Assembly (NCBI GenBank): GCA_038320275.1
Contig: JBBQEB010000001.1
Span: forward strand, 1 to 64,000
DNA from: Myxococcales bacterium
Lineage (GTDB): Bacteria > Myxococcota > Myxococcia > Myxococcales > Anaeromyxobacteraceae
Direction of reading: 5' to 3'
DNA: 64,000 nt
Positions 42,514 to 54,124 of this stretch are shown piece after piece (the stretch's first letter is position 1; the number at the start of each line of letters is the position of its first letter). The notes beneath the pieces were generated by a model, which saw nothing but the letters and a program-made list of their open reading frames with translations, ran no database searches and had not been told where the DNA came from. Both the position numbers and the translations under genes were made by a program.

Positions 42514-44769
<2,256 letters not shown>

Positions 44770-44860
44770 CGCGGGCCGCCGACCTTTTCCGGGCACGTTC
44801 TGCCGCGGCCGCCTTACACCTTCCGGTGCGGGCCGGCTCTCCGGCGGCGCAACCCTCTCG

Positions 44861-47554
44861 ATGACACCCGAGCTCTCCCCCCGCGGGTACACCCCGACCG
44901 TCCTCGACGAGCTCGTCCTGCGCGCCGAGAAGCCGTCGCGCTACCTGGGCTGCGAGCTCGGCGCGGTGGTGAAGGACCTGGAGGCCGGCCACCTCCGCTT
45001 CGCCCTCGCCTTCCCCGACACGTACGAGGTCGGGATGTCGAACCTCGGCTTTCGCCTCCTCTATCACGCGCTCAACGACCGCGACGCGGTGGCGTGCGAG
45101 CGGGTGTTCCTGCCGTGGCCGGACATGGAGGGGATGCTCCGCGACGCGCGCATCCCCCTCTTCACGCTGGAGTCGCGCCGGCCGGTGCGCGACTTCGACG
45201 TGCTCGGCATCACGCTGCAATTCGAGCTCTGCGCGACGAGCGTGCTCGCGCTCCTCGATCTCGCCGGCATCCCGCTCTTCGCGCGTGAGCGCGGGCGCGG
45301 CGATCCCCTCGTCCTCGGGGGCGGCCCCTGCGCCATGAACCCGGAGCCGATGGCCGAGTTCTTCGACGCCTTCGCGGTGGGCGAGGGCGAGGAGGTGGTG
45401 CACGAGATCGCCGACGCGGTCGCCGCCTGGAAGGGCTCGGGCGGCTCGCGCGAGGAGCTCCTGCGCGCGCTCGCGCGCCTCGAGGGTGTCTACGTCCCGT
45501 CCCTCTTCCGGCCCCGCTACGACCCCGTCACCCGCGCGCTGGCGGCCCTGGAGCCGCTCCTCCCCGGCTACGAGAAGGTCACCCGCCGGGTGATGCCCGA
45601 CCTCGACGCGCTCTCCACGAGCGCCTACGAGCGGCCCATCGTGCCGTTCATGCAGACGGTGCACGACAGGCTCCCCATCGAGCTCCAGCGCGGCTGCACC
45701 CGCGGGTGTCGCTTCTGCCAGGTGGGCATGATCACCCGGCCCACGCGGCAGCGCGACCCGAAGCGCGTGCTCGAGATCGCCGAGACGGGGCTCCGCGCCT
45801 CGGGCTACGAGGAGGTGGGCCTGCTCTCGCTCTCCTCCGGCGACTACGCCTGCCTCAATCCCCTGCTCGACGACCTCCTCGCGCGCTGGGAGGGCGAGCG
45901 CGTCTCCATGTCGCTGCCGTCGCTCCGGACCGAGACCATGAGCGACGAGCTGGCGAAGAAGATCGCGCGCGTGCGCAAGACCGGCTTCACGCTCGCGCCC
46001 GAGGCGGCCACCGAGCGGATGCGCGCGGTCATCAACAAGGGCAACCGCGAGGAGGATCTGCTGCGGGCGGTGGAGTCCATCTTCGGGAACGGCTGGTCGC
46101 TCCTCAAGCTCTACTTCATGATCGGCCTGCCAGAGGAGACGGACGAGGACGTGGTCGCCATCGCCCGGCTGGCGAAGAAGTGCCTGGGCGTGGCCCGGCG
46201 CGCGATGCCCAAGGGCCAGGGATCGGTCGCCATCAACCTGGGCGCCTCCACCTTCGTGCCGAAGCCGTTCACGCCGTTCCAGTGGGAGCCCATGCTCGAC
46301 GAGCGCGAGACGCGCCGCCGGCAGGGGCTCATCAGCGCAGAGCTCGCCTCCGGAAAGAACGGCGCCATCCGCTTCAAGCCGCACGACTCCCGGGCCACCT
46401 CCATCGAGGGCGCGCTCGCCCTGGGCGACCGGCGCGTCGGCACCGCCATCCTCGCGGCGTACCGGGCCGGCCAGCGGCTCGACGGGTGGAGCGAGTGGTT
46501 CGACGAGCGGCGCTGGATCGCCGCCTTCGGGGAGATGGAGCGCGTCCACGGGGTCGGGCTCGCCTTCTTCGCGCACCGGCGCCGCCCGCTGGACGAGACC
46601 CTGCCGTGGGACCGCATCGACTGCGGCGTGACGAAGCCGTATCTACAGAAGGCGCTCGCCGCGGCCCGCAACCTGGCCGAGGTGGTCGACTGCGTGCTGG
46701 CGCCCTGCACCGTCTGTGGGGCTTGCGACTACGACGTGGTGAAGAACAGGGTGTACCAGGCGAAGGACTACGTGCCGGAGCCGCCGCCGCCCGCGCGCCC
46801 GCGCGCCCCCGAGCTCCGCACGCACGTCCGCGTCCGTTACGCAAAGGGCGGGAGGCTGGTCGCGCTCTCGCACCTCGAGACCATGCACGCCGTCCTGCGC
46901 TCGCTGCGCCGGGCGGGCCTCCCCATGGCCTTCTCGCAGGGCTTCCACCCCAAGCCGCGGGCCTCGTTCGGACCGGCGCTGCCGGTGGGCGTCGAGAGCC
47001 GCTGCGAGTACCTCGACCTGGAGCTCCTCGGGCTTCACGACCCGGCCGAGGTGGCCCGCCGGCTGGCGGGCGCGCTCCCGCCGGGGCTCGAGCTGGAGGA
47101 GGCGCGCGCCATCCGCCCGGACGCCCCGTCCGTGAGCGCGGCCCAGCGGGCCGTCCACTATCTCGTGGAGTTCCCGGCACCGTGGACCGATGAGGCTCTC
47201 GGAGAGCGCATCCGAGCGTTCGAGGACGCGGGTCAGGCGGTCGTCCGGCGCGACGCCCCGCCCAAGGCGCGCGAGCGAAAGCGCGGCGAGAAGATTGCGC
47301 ACGCGAAGGCGAGGGAGATAAATCTAAAGGATTTCGTGACCCATCTCGCCCTGGAGGGTGGACGCAGGGTCGCTTTCAGCTTGAAGGCCGATCCCTCGGG
47401 GAGCGCCAAGCCAGCCGAGGTGCTGGCGGCGATCTTCGGCGAGGGCTCGGCGCCGAGGGGAGTCCGGATCTTGAAGGAAGGCGTGAGCTTCGAGCGAGGC
47501 GCGGAGGGCCGCGAACCGGTCCCCCCGCGAGCGCCTCGCTATCTCGACGCCTGA
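44861..47554 (+). CDS. B12-binding-like radical SAM protein (TIGR03960-like) fused to a TIGR03936-like domain
   Basis: KPSRYLG, FPDTYEVGMSNLG, RGCTRGCRFCQ, TLAPEA; C-terminal LSHLE..FSQGFHPKPR..ALPVG. Confidence 0.88.
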   Translation: MTPELSPRGYTPTVLDELVLRAEKPSRYLGCELGAVVKDLEAGHLRFALAFPDTYEVGMSNLGFRLLYHALNDRDAVACERVFLPWPDMEGMLRDARIPLFTLESRRPVRDFDVLGITLQFELCATSVLALLDLAGIPLFARERGRGDPLVLGGGPCAMNPEPMAEFFDAFAVGEGEEVVHEIADAVAAWKGSGGSREELLRALARLEGVYVPSLFRPRYDPVTRALAALEPLLPGYEKVTRRVMPDLDALSTSAYERPIVPFMQTVHDRLPIELQRGCTRGCRFCQVGMITRPTRQRDPKRVLEIAETGLRASGYEEVGLLSLSSGDYACLNPLLDDLLARWEGERVSMSLPSLRTETMSDELAKKIARVRKTGFTLAPEAATERMRAVINKGNREEDLLRAVESIFGNGWSLLKLYFMIGLPEETDEDVVAIARLAKKCLGVARRAMPKGQGSVAINLGASTFVPKPFTPFQWEPMLDERETRRRQGLISAELASGKNGAIRFKPHDSRATSIEGALALGDRRVGTAILAAYRAGQRLDGWSEWFDERRWIAAFGEMERVHGVGLAFFAHRRRPLDETLPWDRIDCGVTKPYLQKALAAARNLAEVVDCVLAPCTVCGACDYDVVKNRVYQAKDYVPEPPPPARPRAPELRTHVRVRYAKGGRLVALSHLETMHAVLRSLRRAGLPMAFSQGFHPKPRASFGPALPVGVESRCEYLDLELLGLHDPAEVARRLAGALPPGLELEEARAIRPDAPSVSAAQRAVHYLVEFPAPWTDEALGERIRAFEDAGQAVVRRDAPPKARERKRGEKIAHAKAREINLKDFVTHLALEGGRRVAFSLKADPSGSAKPAEVLAAIFGEGSAPRGVRILKEGVSFERGAEGREPVPPRAPRYLDA

Positions 47555-47743
47555 ACGCTAACGCCCGAGCGCAGCCGCCCCAGGCGGTGTGCCGGCCGCA
47601 CCTAGAGGACGTGGAATTGAGCGCGAGCTCGATCGTCGATGGGACGAGCCCAACCCCACCGGGGAAGGGGCCTGCGCGACCGCGCAAGCTCCGGGCTTCC
47701 GCTCCACCCCGTGCGCCGCAACGTCGGGCCATCGAGGTTCCAC

Positions 47744-50278
47744 ATGGCAGGCTCGAGCATCCTCGTCATCAACGCGGCCGGCGCCGAGACGCGCGTCGCC
47801 CTCGTCGAGAGCGGCACCATCCACGAGTTCTATCTCGAGCGTAAGCGCGAGAAGGGGATCGTCGGAAACATCTACAAGGGCCGCGTGGTCCGGGTGCTTC
47901 CCGGCATGCAGGCGGCCTTCGTCGACATCGGCCTCGACAAGGCAGCCTTCCTCTACGTCGGCGATGTCTACGGCGACCCGGACTTCTCGGAGGAATTCGA
48001 GCTCACCGAGGGCGAGCACGCCCCGCACCTGCACGAGGTCCCGAGCGAGCAGGAGGCGGAGGAGCAGGAGGCGCGCGCCCAGGCCGCCGCGGAGCGGGGC
48101 GAGCCGGCTCCGCGTTCGGGCGGGTCGCAGCTGGAGGTCGAGCTCGGGACGCCTGCCGCGGCGCTGGCCGCCGGGGCGCCCCCCTTCGCGGAGCCATCGC
48201 TCGTGGAGGCCGGCCAGGCTCGGGAGGCCGGTGACGAACCGGAAACCGCCGCGTCCGGCCCTGCATCCCACGAGGCAGCCGCCTCCGAAGCATCGTCCAT
48301 CGCGGAACCCTCCGCAGGGCTGGACGAGCCCGCGCCCGCGGAAGGGCGCACCTTCGCAGCGCCCGAGGAGCCCGAGTCAGGGACCGCCCGGTCGAACATG
48401 GACCCCGTCTCCCTCTCGGAAGGCGAGAGCGCGGAGGGGCTCACCCCCATCCAGCTCACCCATCCGGTGGGGCTCGACCCCGCGCCCGCGTCGGCTGCGC
48501 TGCTCGTCCCGTCCGAGCCGGCGACCATGTTCCCCGAGGCTGCGCCCGGCGAGCCGATGGAGGTCACCCCCGAGCTCATCCAGGCGGAGCCGGAGCCGGG
48601 CACCACGCCCCCACCCCTGCCGAGCGCGCCTCCCGCTCTCGCCGACGCGCCGGTCGCGGGCCAGATCGCGGCCAGGCCCGCCGAGTCGGCGCGCGAGGCG
48701 CGCGAGGGTCGTGAGCGAGGGCGGCGCGACGAGCGAGGCCGCGGAGGCTCTCAGGGCCGCGACCGCGGAGGCGATCGCGGCGGCGGTGCTGGCGGCGGTG
48801 GCAGTGGCGGCGGGAACGGGCGTCACGGGGGCGGTCACAACGGGCACGCGCGCGAGGAGCGGCGCGGCGACAAGGCCTCGAAGAACATCCAGGATCTCCT
48901 GAAGGAAGGCCAGGAGGTCATCGTGCAGGTGGCGAAGGATCCCATCGGCACCAAGGGCGCCCGCATCACGAGCCACATCTCGCTCCCGGGCCGGCACCTC
49001 GTCTTCATGCCCACCGTCGATCACATCGGCATCTCGCGCCGCATCGACAAGGACGGCGAGCGCCGCCGGCTGCGCGAGATCGTCGATCGCATGCGGCCGG
49101 AGAGCACGGGGTTCATCGTCCGCACCGTCGCGGAGAACGTGGAGGCGCCCAAGCTCGAGGCGGACATCCGTTTCCTCATCCAGGTCTGGAACGAGATCAT
49201 CCGGACGAAGGACAAGGTGGGCGCCCCGGCGCTCCTGCATCCCGACCTCGACCTCATCCTCCGGGCCACGCGCGACCTGTTCACGGCGGACGTGCAGAAG
49301 CTCGTCATCGACGACCGCGACGAGCACGACCGCATCCTCCGCTTCGTGAAGGAGCAGGCGCCGCACCTCGAGAGCCAGATCGAGCTCTACCGCGGCGACG
49401 AGCCCATCTTCGACGCCTACGGCATCGAGCAGGAGCTGAAGCGCGCGAGCCAGCGCAAGGTGTGGCTGAAGAGCGGCGGGTACATCATCATCGACCAGGC
49501 GGAGGCGCTCACCGCGGTCGACGTGAACTCGGGCCGCTACGTCGGGAAGAAGAACCTCGAGGAGACGATCACCAAGATCAACATCGAGGCGGCCAAGGAG
49601 ATCGTCTACCAGCTCCGGCTTCGCAACATCGGCGGCATCATCATCATCGACTTCATCGACATGGACAAGCCGGGCAACCGGGACAAGGTCTTCAAGGCCT
49701 TGCAGGATGCGCTGGGGCGGGACAAGGCGAAGACGAACGTCCTCAAGATCAGCGAGCTCGGGCTCGTCGAGATGACCCGCAAGCGCGTGCGGGAATCGGT
49801 GACGCGCATGATGAACGAGCCCTGCGGATACTGCGAGGGCAAGGGTCACCTCAAGTCGAAGGTGACCGTCGCCTACGAGATCTTCCGCGAGATCCGGCGC
49901 GACGCGCCCTCCTTCCCCGAGCCCGTGCTGGTGGTGAACTGCCACACCGAGGTGGCGCGGGTCCTCCAGGCCGAGGAGCGCGACGAGCTCCGCTACTTGA
50001 TGGACCGCTTCAACAAGACCATCCAGGTGAAGTCGCAGTCCGGCTATCACCAGGAGCAGTTCGACATCTTCGGCCGGGCCGATCGCGCGGAGAAGGACCG
50101 CGCCGAGCCGGAGCGGGAAACGCGCGGAGGGCGCGGGCGCGGGCGGGGTGGACGCGGGGAGCGCGCGCCGGCGGGGGCCACGCCCGAGCCGGCCCGCGAG
50201 GTCGCCCCCACGGCGGTGCCGGCCGAGGCCGCTGGCGTGGTCACGGACGTCCTCCCGCCGGACGGCGGCAAGGGCTGA
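47744..50278 (+). CDS. rne: Rne/Rng family ribonuclease with large low-complexity insertion
   Basis: GNIYKGRVVRVLPGMQAAFVDIG, KDPIGTKGARIT, DVNSGR, LRNIGGIIIIDFIDM, Zn-link CGYC. Confidence 0.92.
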   Translation: MAGSSILVINAAGAETRVALVESGTIHEFYLERKREKGIVGNIYKGRVVRVLPGMQAAFVDIGLDKAAFLYVGDVYGDPDFSEEFELTEGEHAPHLHEVPSEQEAEEQEARAQAAAERGEPAPRSGGSQLEVELGTPAAALAAGAPPFAEPSLVEAGQAREAGDEPETAASGPASHEAAASEASSIAEPSAGLDEPAPAEGRTFAAPEEPESGTARSNMDPVSLSEGESAEGLTPIQLTHPVGLDPAPASAALLVPSEPATMFPEAAPGEPMEVTPELIQAEPEPGTTPPPLPSAPPALADAPVAGQIAARPAESAREAREGRERGRRDERGRGGSQGRDRGGDRGGGAGGGGSGGGNGRHGGGHNGHAREERRGDKASKNIQDLLKEGQEVIVQVAKDPIGTKGARITSHISLPGRHLVFMPTVDHIGISRRIDKDGERRRLREIVDRMRPESTGFIVRTVAENVEAPKLEADIRFLIQVWNEIIRTKDKVGAPALLHPDLDLILRATRDLFTADVQKLVIDDRDEHDRILRFVKEQAPHLESQIELYRGDEPIFDAYGIEQELKRASQRKVWLKSGGYIIIDQAEALTAVDVNSGRYVGKKNLEETITKINIEAAKEIVYQLRLRNIGGIIIIDFIDMDKPGNRDKVFKALQDALGRDKAKTNVLKISELGLVEMTRKRVRESVTRMMNEPCGYCEGKGHLKSKVTVAYEIFREIRRDAPSFPEPVLVVNCHTEVARVLQAEERDELRYLMDRFNKTIQVKSQSGYHQEQFDIFGRADRAEKDRAEPERETRGGRGRGRGGRGERAPAGATPEPAREVAPTAVPAEAAGVVTDVLPPDGGKG

Positions 50279-50286
50279 GGGCCACC

Positions 50287-51585
50287 ATGGCGGCCCCGGC
50301 GGTCGCCGCGCCCAGCCCGCCGGGGCGCCTCTTCTGGGCCGGCCTGCGCACCATCCTGGGGGCGCTGGGCGGCGAGACGCTGCGCCTGCGGGCGATGGCG
50401 CTCACCTACATCTCGCTCTTCGCGGTGGTTCCGGCGCTCGTGCTGGCCTTCTCCGCGGTCCAGGCCTTCGCCGGGACGACCGCGCTGTCGAACGCGATCC
50501 ACGAGTACGTCCTCGCGAACCTGGCGGTCGGCGCGCGCAGGACCATCGAGCCCTACCTCGACGAGTTCGTGAAGAACGCGCACACCACCAGCGCCGGGCT
50601 GGTCGGCGGCGCCATCCTCGTCATCTCCGCGGTGGGGCTCTTCCGCTCTTTCGAGGCGGCCATCAACGAGATATGGGCGGTGCGCCGCGCGCGCGCGCTG
50701 TCCCAGCGCGTCCTCGTCTACTGGGCGGGGCTCACCCTCGGGCCGGTGCTGCTCGCCGCCTCGGTGGCCCTCGGCGGCGCGGTGGGAGCGTTCCTCTCCC
50801 GCTCGGCGCTGGGGCTCGTGCTGGCGCGGCTGGCAGGCGTGCTCATCACCTGCACCCTCTTCTCCGCGCTCTATCTCTTCGTCCCGGCGACCCGGGTGCG
50901 CTGGAGGGCCGCGGTGGTGGGCGGCGTGGTCGCCGGCGCAACCTGGGAGCTCGCCAAGACGCTGTACGCGGTGGTGGTCTGGAGATTCTTCCACTTCCAC
51001 GCCGTGTACGGGTCCGTGGCGGCGATCGCCGTATTCCTGCTCTGGCTGGAGGTGTCCTGGACGCTGGTCCTCTTTGGCGCCCGGGTGTCGTTCGTGGTGC
51101 AGCACGCGCAGGTGCTGCTCCGGGGGCACGCCGAGCAAGGGGGGACCACCCCGCTCGGGCGAGAGCTGCTCGCCGGGAGAATCATGCTCGAGATCGCGGT
51201 CGCCTACGTGGCCGGCCGCCCGCCTGTGGACCCCGCCCGGATCGCCGTGAGCCTGGAGACCTTCGCCGAGCCGGTCCGGCTCGTCCTGGGGACTCTGCGG
51301 CAGGCGGGGCTCGTGCTGGAGCTTCCAGGCGGCGGGTTCGTGCCCGCGCGGCCGCTCGCGAACATCACCCTCGCGGATGTGCGGCGGGCGATGTCGGGCG
51401 AGGCGCCTCGACACGAGGGGGCCGCCGAGGCGGGGATCGTCGCGTCCCTTCTCTCCGAGGCCGAGGGCACCGCTGCCTCGACCCTGGCCCGGACGGCCTA
51501 CGACGCGCTCTGCGCGGCCTCGGTGTCTCCTCCCGCCTTGCCGGTCGGCGCGCGGCGGCCGCGCGCGTCGAGCGAGCTGTCCTGA
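50287..51585 (+). CDS. YihY/BrkB family inner membrane protein with C-terminal winged-helix extension
   Basis: AMALTYISLFAVVP, AINEIW, VYGSVAAIAVFLLWL; tail PARPLANITLADV. Confidence 0.85.
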   Translation: MAAPAVAAPSPPGRLFWAGLRTILGALGGETLRLRAMALTYISLFAVVPALVLAFSAVQAFAGTTALSNAIHEYVLANLAVGARRTIEPYLDEFVKNAHTTSAGLVGGAILVISAVGLFRSFEAAINEIWAVRRARALSQRVLVYWAGLTLGPVLLAASVALGGAVGAFLSRSALGLVLARLAGVLITCTLFSALYLFVPATRVRWRAAVVGGVVAGATWELAKTLYAVVVWRFFHFHAVYGSVAAIAVFLLWLEVSWTLVLFGARVSFVVQHAQVLLRGHAEQGGTTPLGRELLAGRIMLEIAVAYVAGRPPVDPARIAVSLETFAEPVRLVLGTLRQAGLVLELPGGGFVPARPLANITLADVRRAMSGEAPRHEGAAEAGIVASLLSEAEGTAASTLARTAYDALCAASVSPPALPVGARRPRASSELS

Positions 51586-51629
51586 CCCGCTCCCGGCGGG
51601 GGCGCCACCCGTGCATACGTCCGGAACCC

Positions 51630-51658
51630 TTGCTGATTTCCGACCCTTGGGCTAGGCT
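51630..51658 (+). promoter_or_regulatory. Putative sigma70 promoter of the HU/IHF gene
   Basis: TTGCTG-N17-TAGGCT. Confidence 0.45.
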
Positions 51659-51715
51659 TTCGCGAACTCGCATGGCTTCCAGGGTTGGGGGGCCTCCCAC
51701 GTGCCGGAGCGATGC

Positions 51716-52078
51716 ATGCTGAAGTCCGACCTCATCAACATCCTCGTGACGAAGCGAGGTGTGACCCAGAAGCAGGCCGAGGCCACCATCGAGAACATCT
51801 TCGAGTCCATGAAGACGGCGCTGTGTGGGGGTGAGAACATCGAGATCCGCGGGCTTGGGGCCTTTCACGTGAAGCACTACGAAGGCTACCAGGGCCGCAA
51901 TCCCAAGACGGGCGAGGTCATTCCGGTAAAGCCCAAGCGGGGGATCCTGTTCCGCACGGGCAAGGAGCTGAGAGACCGGGTGAATCGGGCGGATGAGGAG
52001 GCTGCGGCGGCCGCCGCCCAGGAACGCCAGGAAGGCGGGGGCGGAGCGCCTCCCATCGCAGCCGGAGGCACCGGGTAG
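51716..52078 (+). CDS. HU/IHF family DNA-binding protein (IHF-beta-like)
   Basis: MLKSDLI, IEIRGLGAF, GRNPKTGE, FRTGKELRDRVN. Confidence 0.92.
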   Translation: MLKSDLINILVTKRGVTQKQAEATIENIFESMKTALCGGENIEIRGLGAFHVKHYEGYQGRNPKTGEVIPVKPKRGILFRTGKELRDRVNRADEEAAAAAAQERQEGGGGAPPIAAGGTG

Positions 52079-52093
52079 GTCGGCGGTCCACGT

Positions 52094-54124
52094 TCACGCC
52101 GCCATCCCCATCGCGATCCGGCCCAGCGGCCGGACCGCAAGGGTCTCGGGGAGCTCTTGATAGGAGAGCACCGTCAGGCGCGGGAAGCGCGGCGAGACCA
52201 CCTGTCGCACCGCCCGCCGGATCTCCGGAGCGGTGAGGAGCACCGCCTCGGCTTCCCCTTCTGCCTCGGCGAAGGCCCGCTCGAGATCGTCGAGGAGCGC
52301 GAGCGTCGCCCCAGGTGCCAGCACCGCCGCCCCGTCGCACAGCGCCTCGCGCAAGGCACCCTCTGCCGCGGGGTCGAGGAGGAGCGCGTGGAGGACGCCG
52401 GAGGGCGCGTGAGCATGGGCGAAGTGGCGGCGGAGCGCTCGCCTGCAACTCGAAGCCAGCCCGGCCGCGCCCCTGGCCGCGCCACCCGCCTCCAGCATCG
52501 CGTCGAGGAGGGTCCGCATGGGCCGGATGGAGACGCCCTCCTCGAGCAGCGCGCGCAGCACCTCGGCGAGGAGGGGCGCGGGGAGCTGTCGTGCGGCTTC
52601 ACGGATCAGGGCCGGATGCGAGGCTTCCAGACCCTCCACCATCGCCTGCACCTCCTGGACGCCGACGAGGAGGTGCGCGTGGCGGCGGAGCGCCGCCGCG
52701 GCAGACGCGGCCACCCGCTCCCAGGGATCGCGCACGGGGGCGACCGCTGCCGCGCGCTCCGCGTCGGTGGACGAGATACGGGCCGCCAGTGCGCCGGTGA
52801 GCGGCTCCGGCTCCCTCGCGGCGAGGATGCCCAGGGCGTGCAGCTCGGCCGGCGACACCAGCGCCAGCCGCTCTCCAAGGCGGGCGAAGCCCGAAGCCGC
52901 CGGAACCTCGTCCACGAGGAGGCGCCATGCGCCGGGGGCGAGCCCGCCCCGACGCACCTGCACAGGCGGAAGGCGAACGCCCAGCTCGGTCCAGAGGTCG
53001 CTCGCCAGCGAGGGTAGGAGCTCGCGTGCGACCCGGTCGCTTCCGGCGAGGTCGTCCGCGAGCTCGAGGACTACGGGAGAGCGGGTGCTACCTTCACCCG
53101 CGTCCGGGGCCCGGTCCGCGGGGCCTTGCGCCGCCGGAGCCCGACCGGCGCCACCACGCCGGAGATGAGCGAAGCGCGCGCCCAGGCCCGCCGCAGCCGC
53201 CACGAGGAGGAAGGGCACCGCCGGCATGCCCGGCGCGAGGGCCGCGCCAGCGCAGAGGACTGCCACGGCTGCCAGCGGCCGCGGATCTCCGAAGAGCTGC
53301 CCTGCCATCTCCTCCGCCAGCGAGCCCCCCTCCTCCTCGGCCGCGACGCGGGTGACCGCGACGCCCGCAGCGAGCGACACCAGCAGGGCGGGGATCTGCG
53401 CCGCGAGCCCATCGCCGATGGCGAGGATCGCGTAGCGCCGCGCCGCCGCCTCCAGGCTCATGCCGTGGAGGAGCCCCGCAAGGAGCCCGCCCAGCACGTT
53501 CACGATCACGATGGCCACTCCGGCCAGCGCATCGCCCTTCACGAACTTGAGCGCACCGTCCATCGCCCCGTAGAGCTGCCCCTCGCGCTCGAGCGCGCGC
53601 CTGCGGCGCCTCGCCTCGGCGGGGTCGATGCTCCCGGCGCGCAGCTCGGCGTCGATGGACATCTGCTTGCCGGGGAGCGCGTCGAGGGTGAAGCGCGCGG
53701 CGACCTCCGCGACGCGCTCGGCTCCCTTCGCGACCACCAGGAGCTGGACGACGGTGAGGATCGCGAAGACGACGCCCCCCACCACCCAATCGCCCGCGAC
53801 CACCACCCGGCCGAAGGCGTCGATGACCCGGCCCGCCTCCCCGCGCGAGAGCACGAGCCGGGTGGAGCTCACCTCCAGCGCGAGCCGCAGGAGGGTGGTG
53901 AAGAGGAGGAGCGTGGGGAAGCTCGCGAAGCGGAGCGCGTCCCTCGCGAACAGCGCCACCACCAGGATGGTGGCCGAGAAGGCGAGGCTGAAGGCGAGCC
54001 CCAGATCCACCATCCACGGGGGGAGGGGGGCGAAGAGCGCGCTCACCAGGGCGAGGGCGGCGGCGGCGAGGGCGAGGTCGGAGAGCCCGCGCGGCGCGCG
54101 GAGACGGCGAAGACGTCGGATCAT
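52094..54124 (-). CDS. sctV: Type III export gate SctV/FlhA (FHIPEP family)
   Basis: FPTLLLFTTLLRL, KGAERVAEVAARFTLDALPGKQMSIDAELRAG, YGAMDGALKFVKGDA, VLSYQEL. Confidence 0.92.
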   Translation of the reverse strand: MIRRLRRLRAPRGLSDLALAAAALALVSALFAPLPPWMVDLGLAFSLAFSATILVVALFARDALRFASFPTLLLFTTLLRLALEVSSTRLVLSRGEAGRVIDAFGRVVVAGDWVVGGVVFAILTVVQLLVVAKGAERVAEVAARFTLDALPGKQMSIDAELRAGSIDPAEARRRRRALEREGQLYGAMDGALKFVKGDALAGVAIVIVNVLGGLLAGLLHGMSLEAAARRYAILAIGDGLAAQIPALLVSLAAGVAVTRVAAEEEGGSLAEEMAGQLFGDPRPLAAVAVLCAGAALAPGMPAVPFLLVAAAAGLGARFAHLRRGGAGRAPAAQGPADRAPDAGEGSTRSPVVLELADDLAGSDRVARELLPSLASDLWTELGVRLPPVQVRRGGLAPGAWRLLVDEVPAASGFARLGERLALVSPAELHALGILAAREPEPLTGALAARISSTDAERAAAVAPVRDPWERVAASAAAALRRHAHLLVGVQEVQAMVEGLEASHPALIREAARQLPAPLLAEVLRALLEEGVSIRPMRTLLDAMLEAGGAARGAAGLASSCRRALRRHFAHAHAPSGVLHALLLDPAAEGALREALCDGAAVLAPGATLALLDDLERAFAEAEGEAEAVLLTAPEIRRAVRQVVSPRFPRLTVLSYQELPETLAVRPLGRIAMGMAA

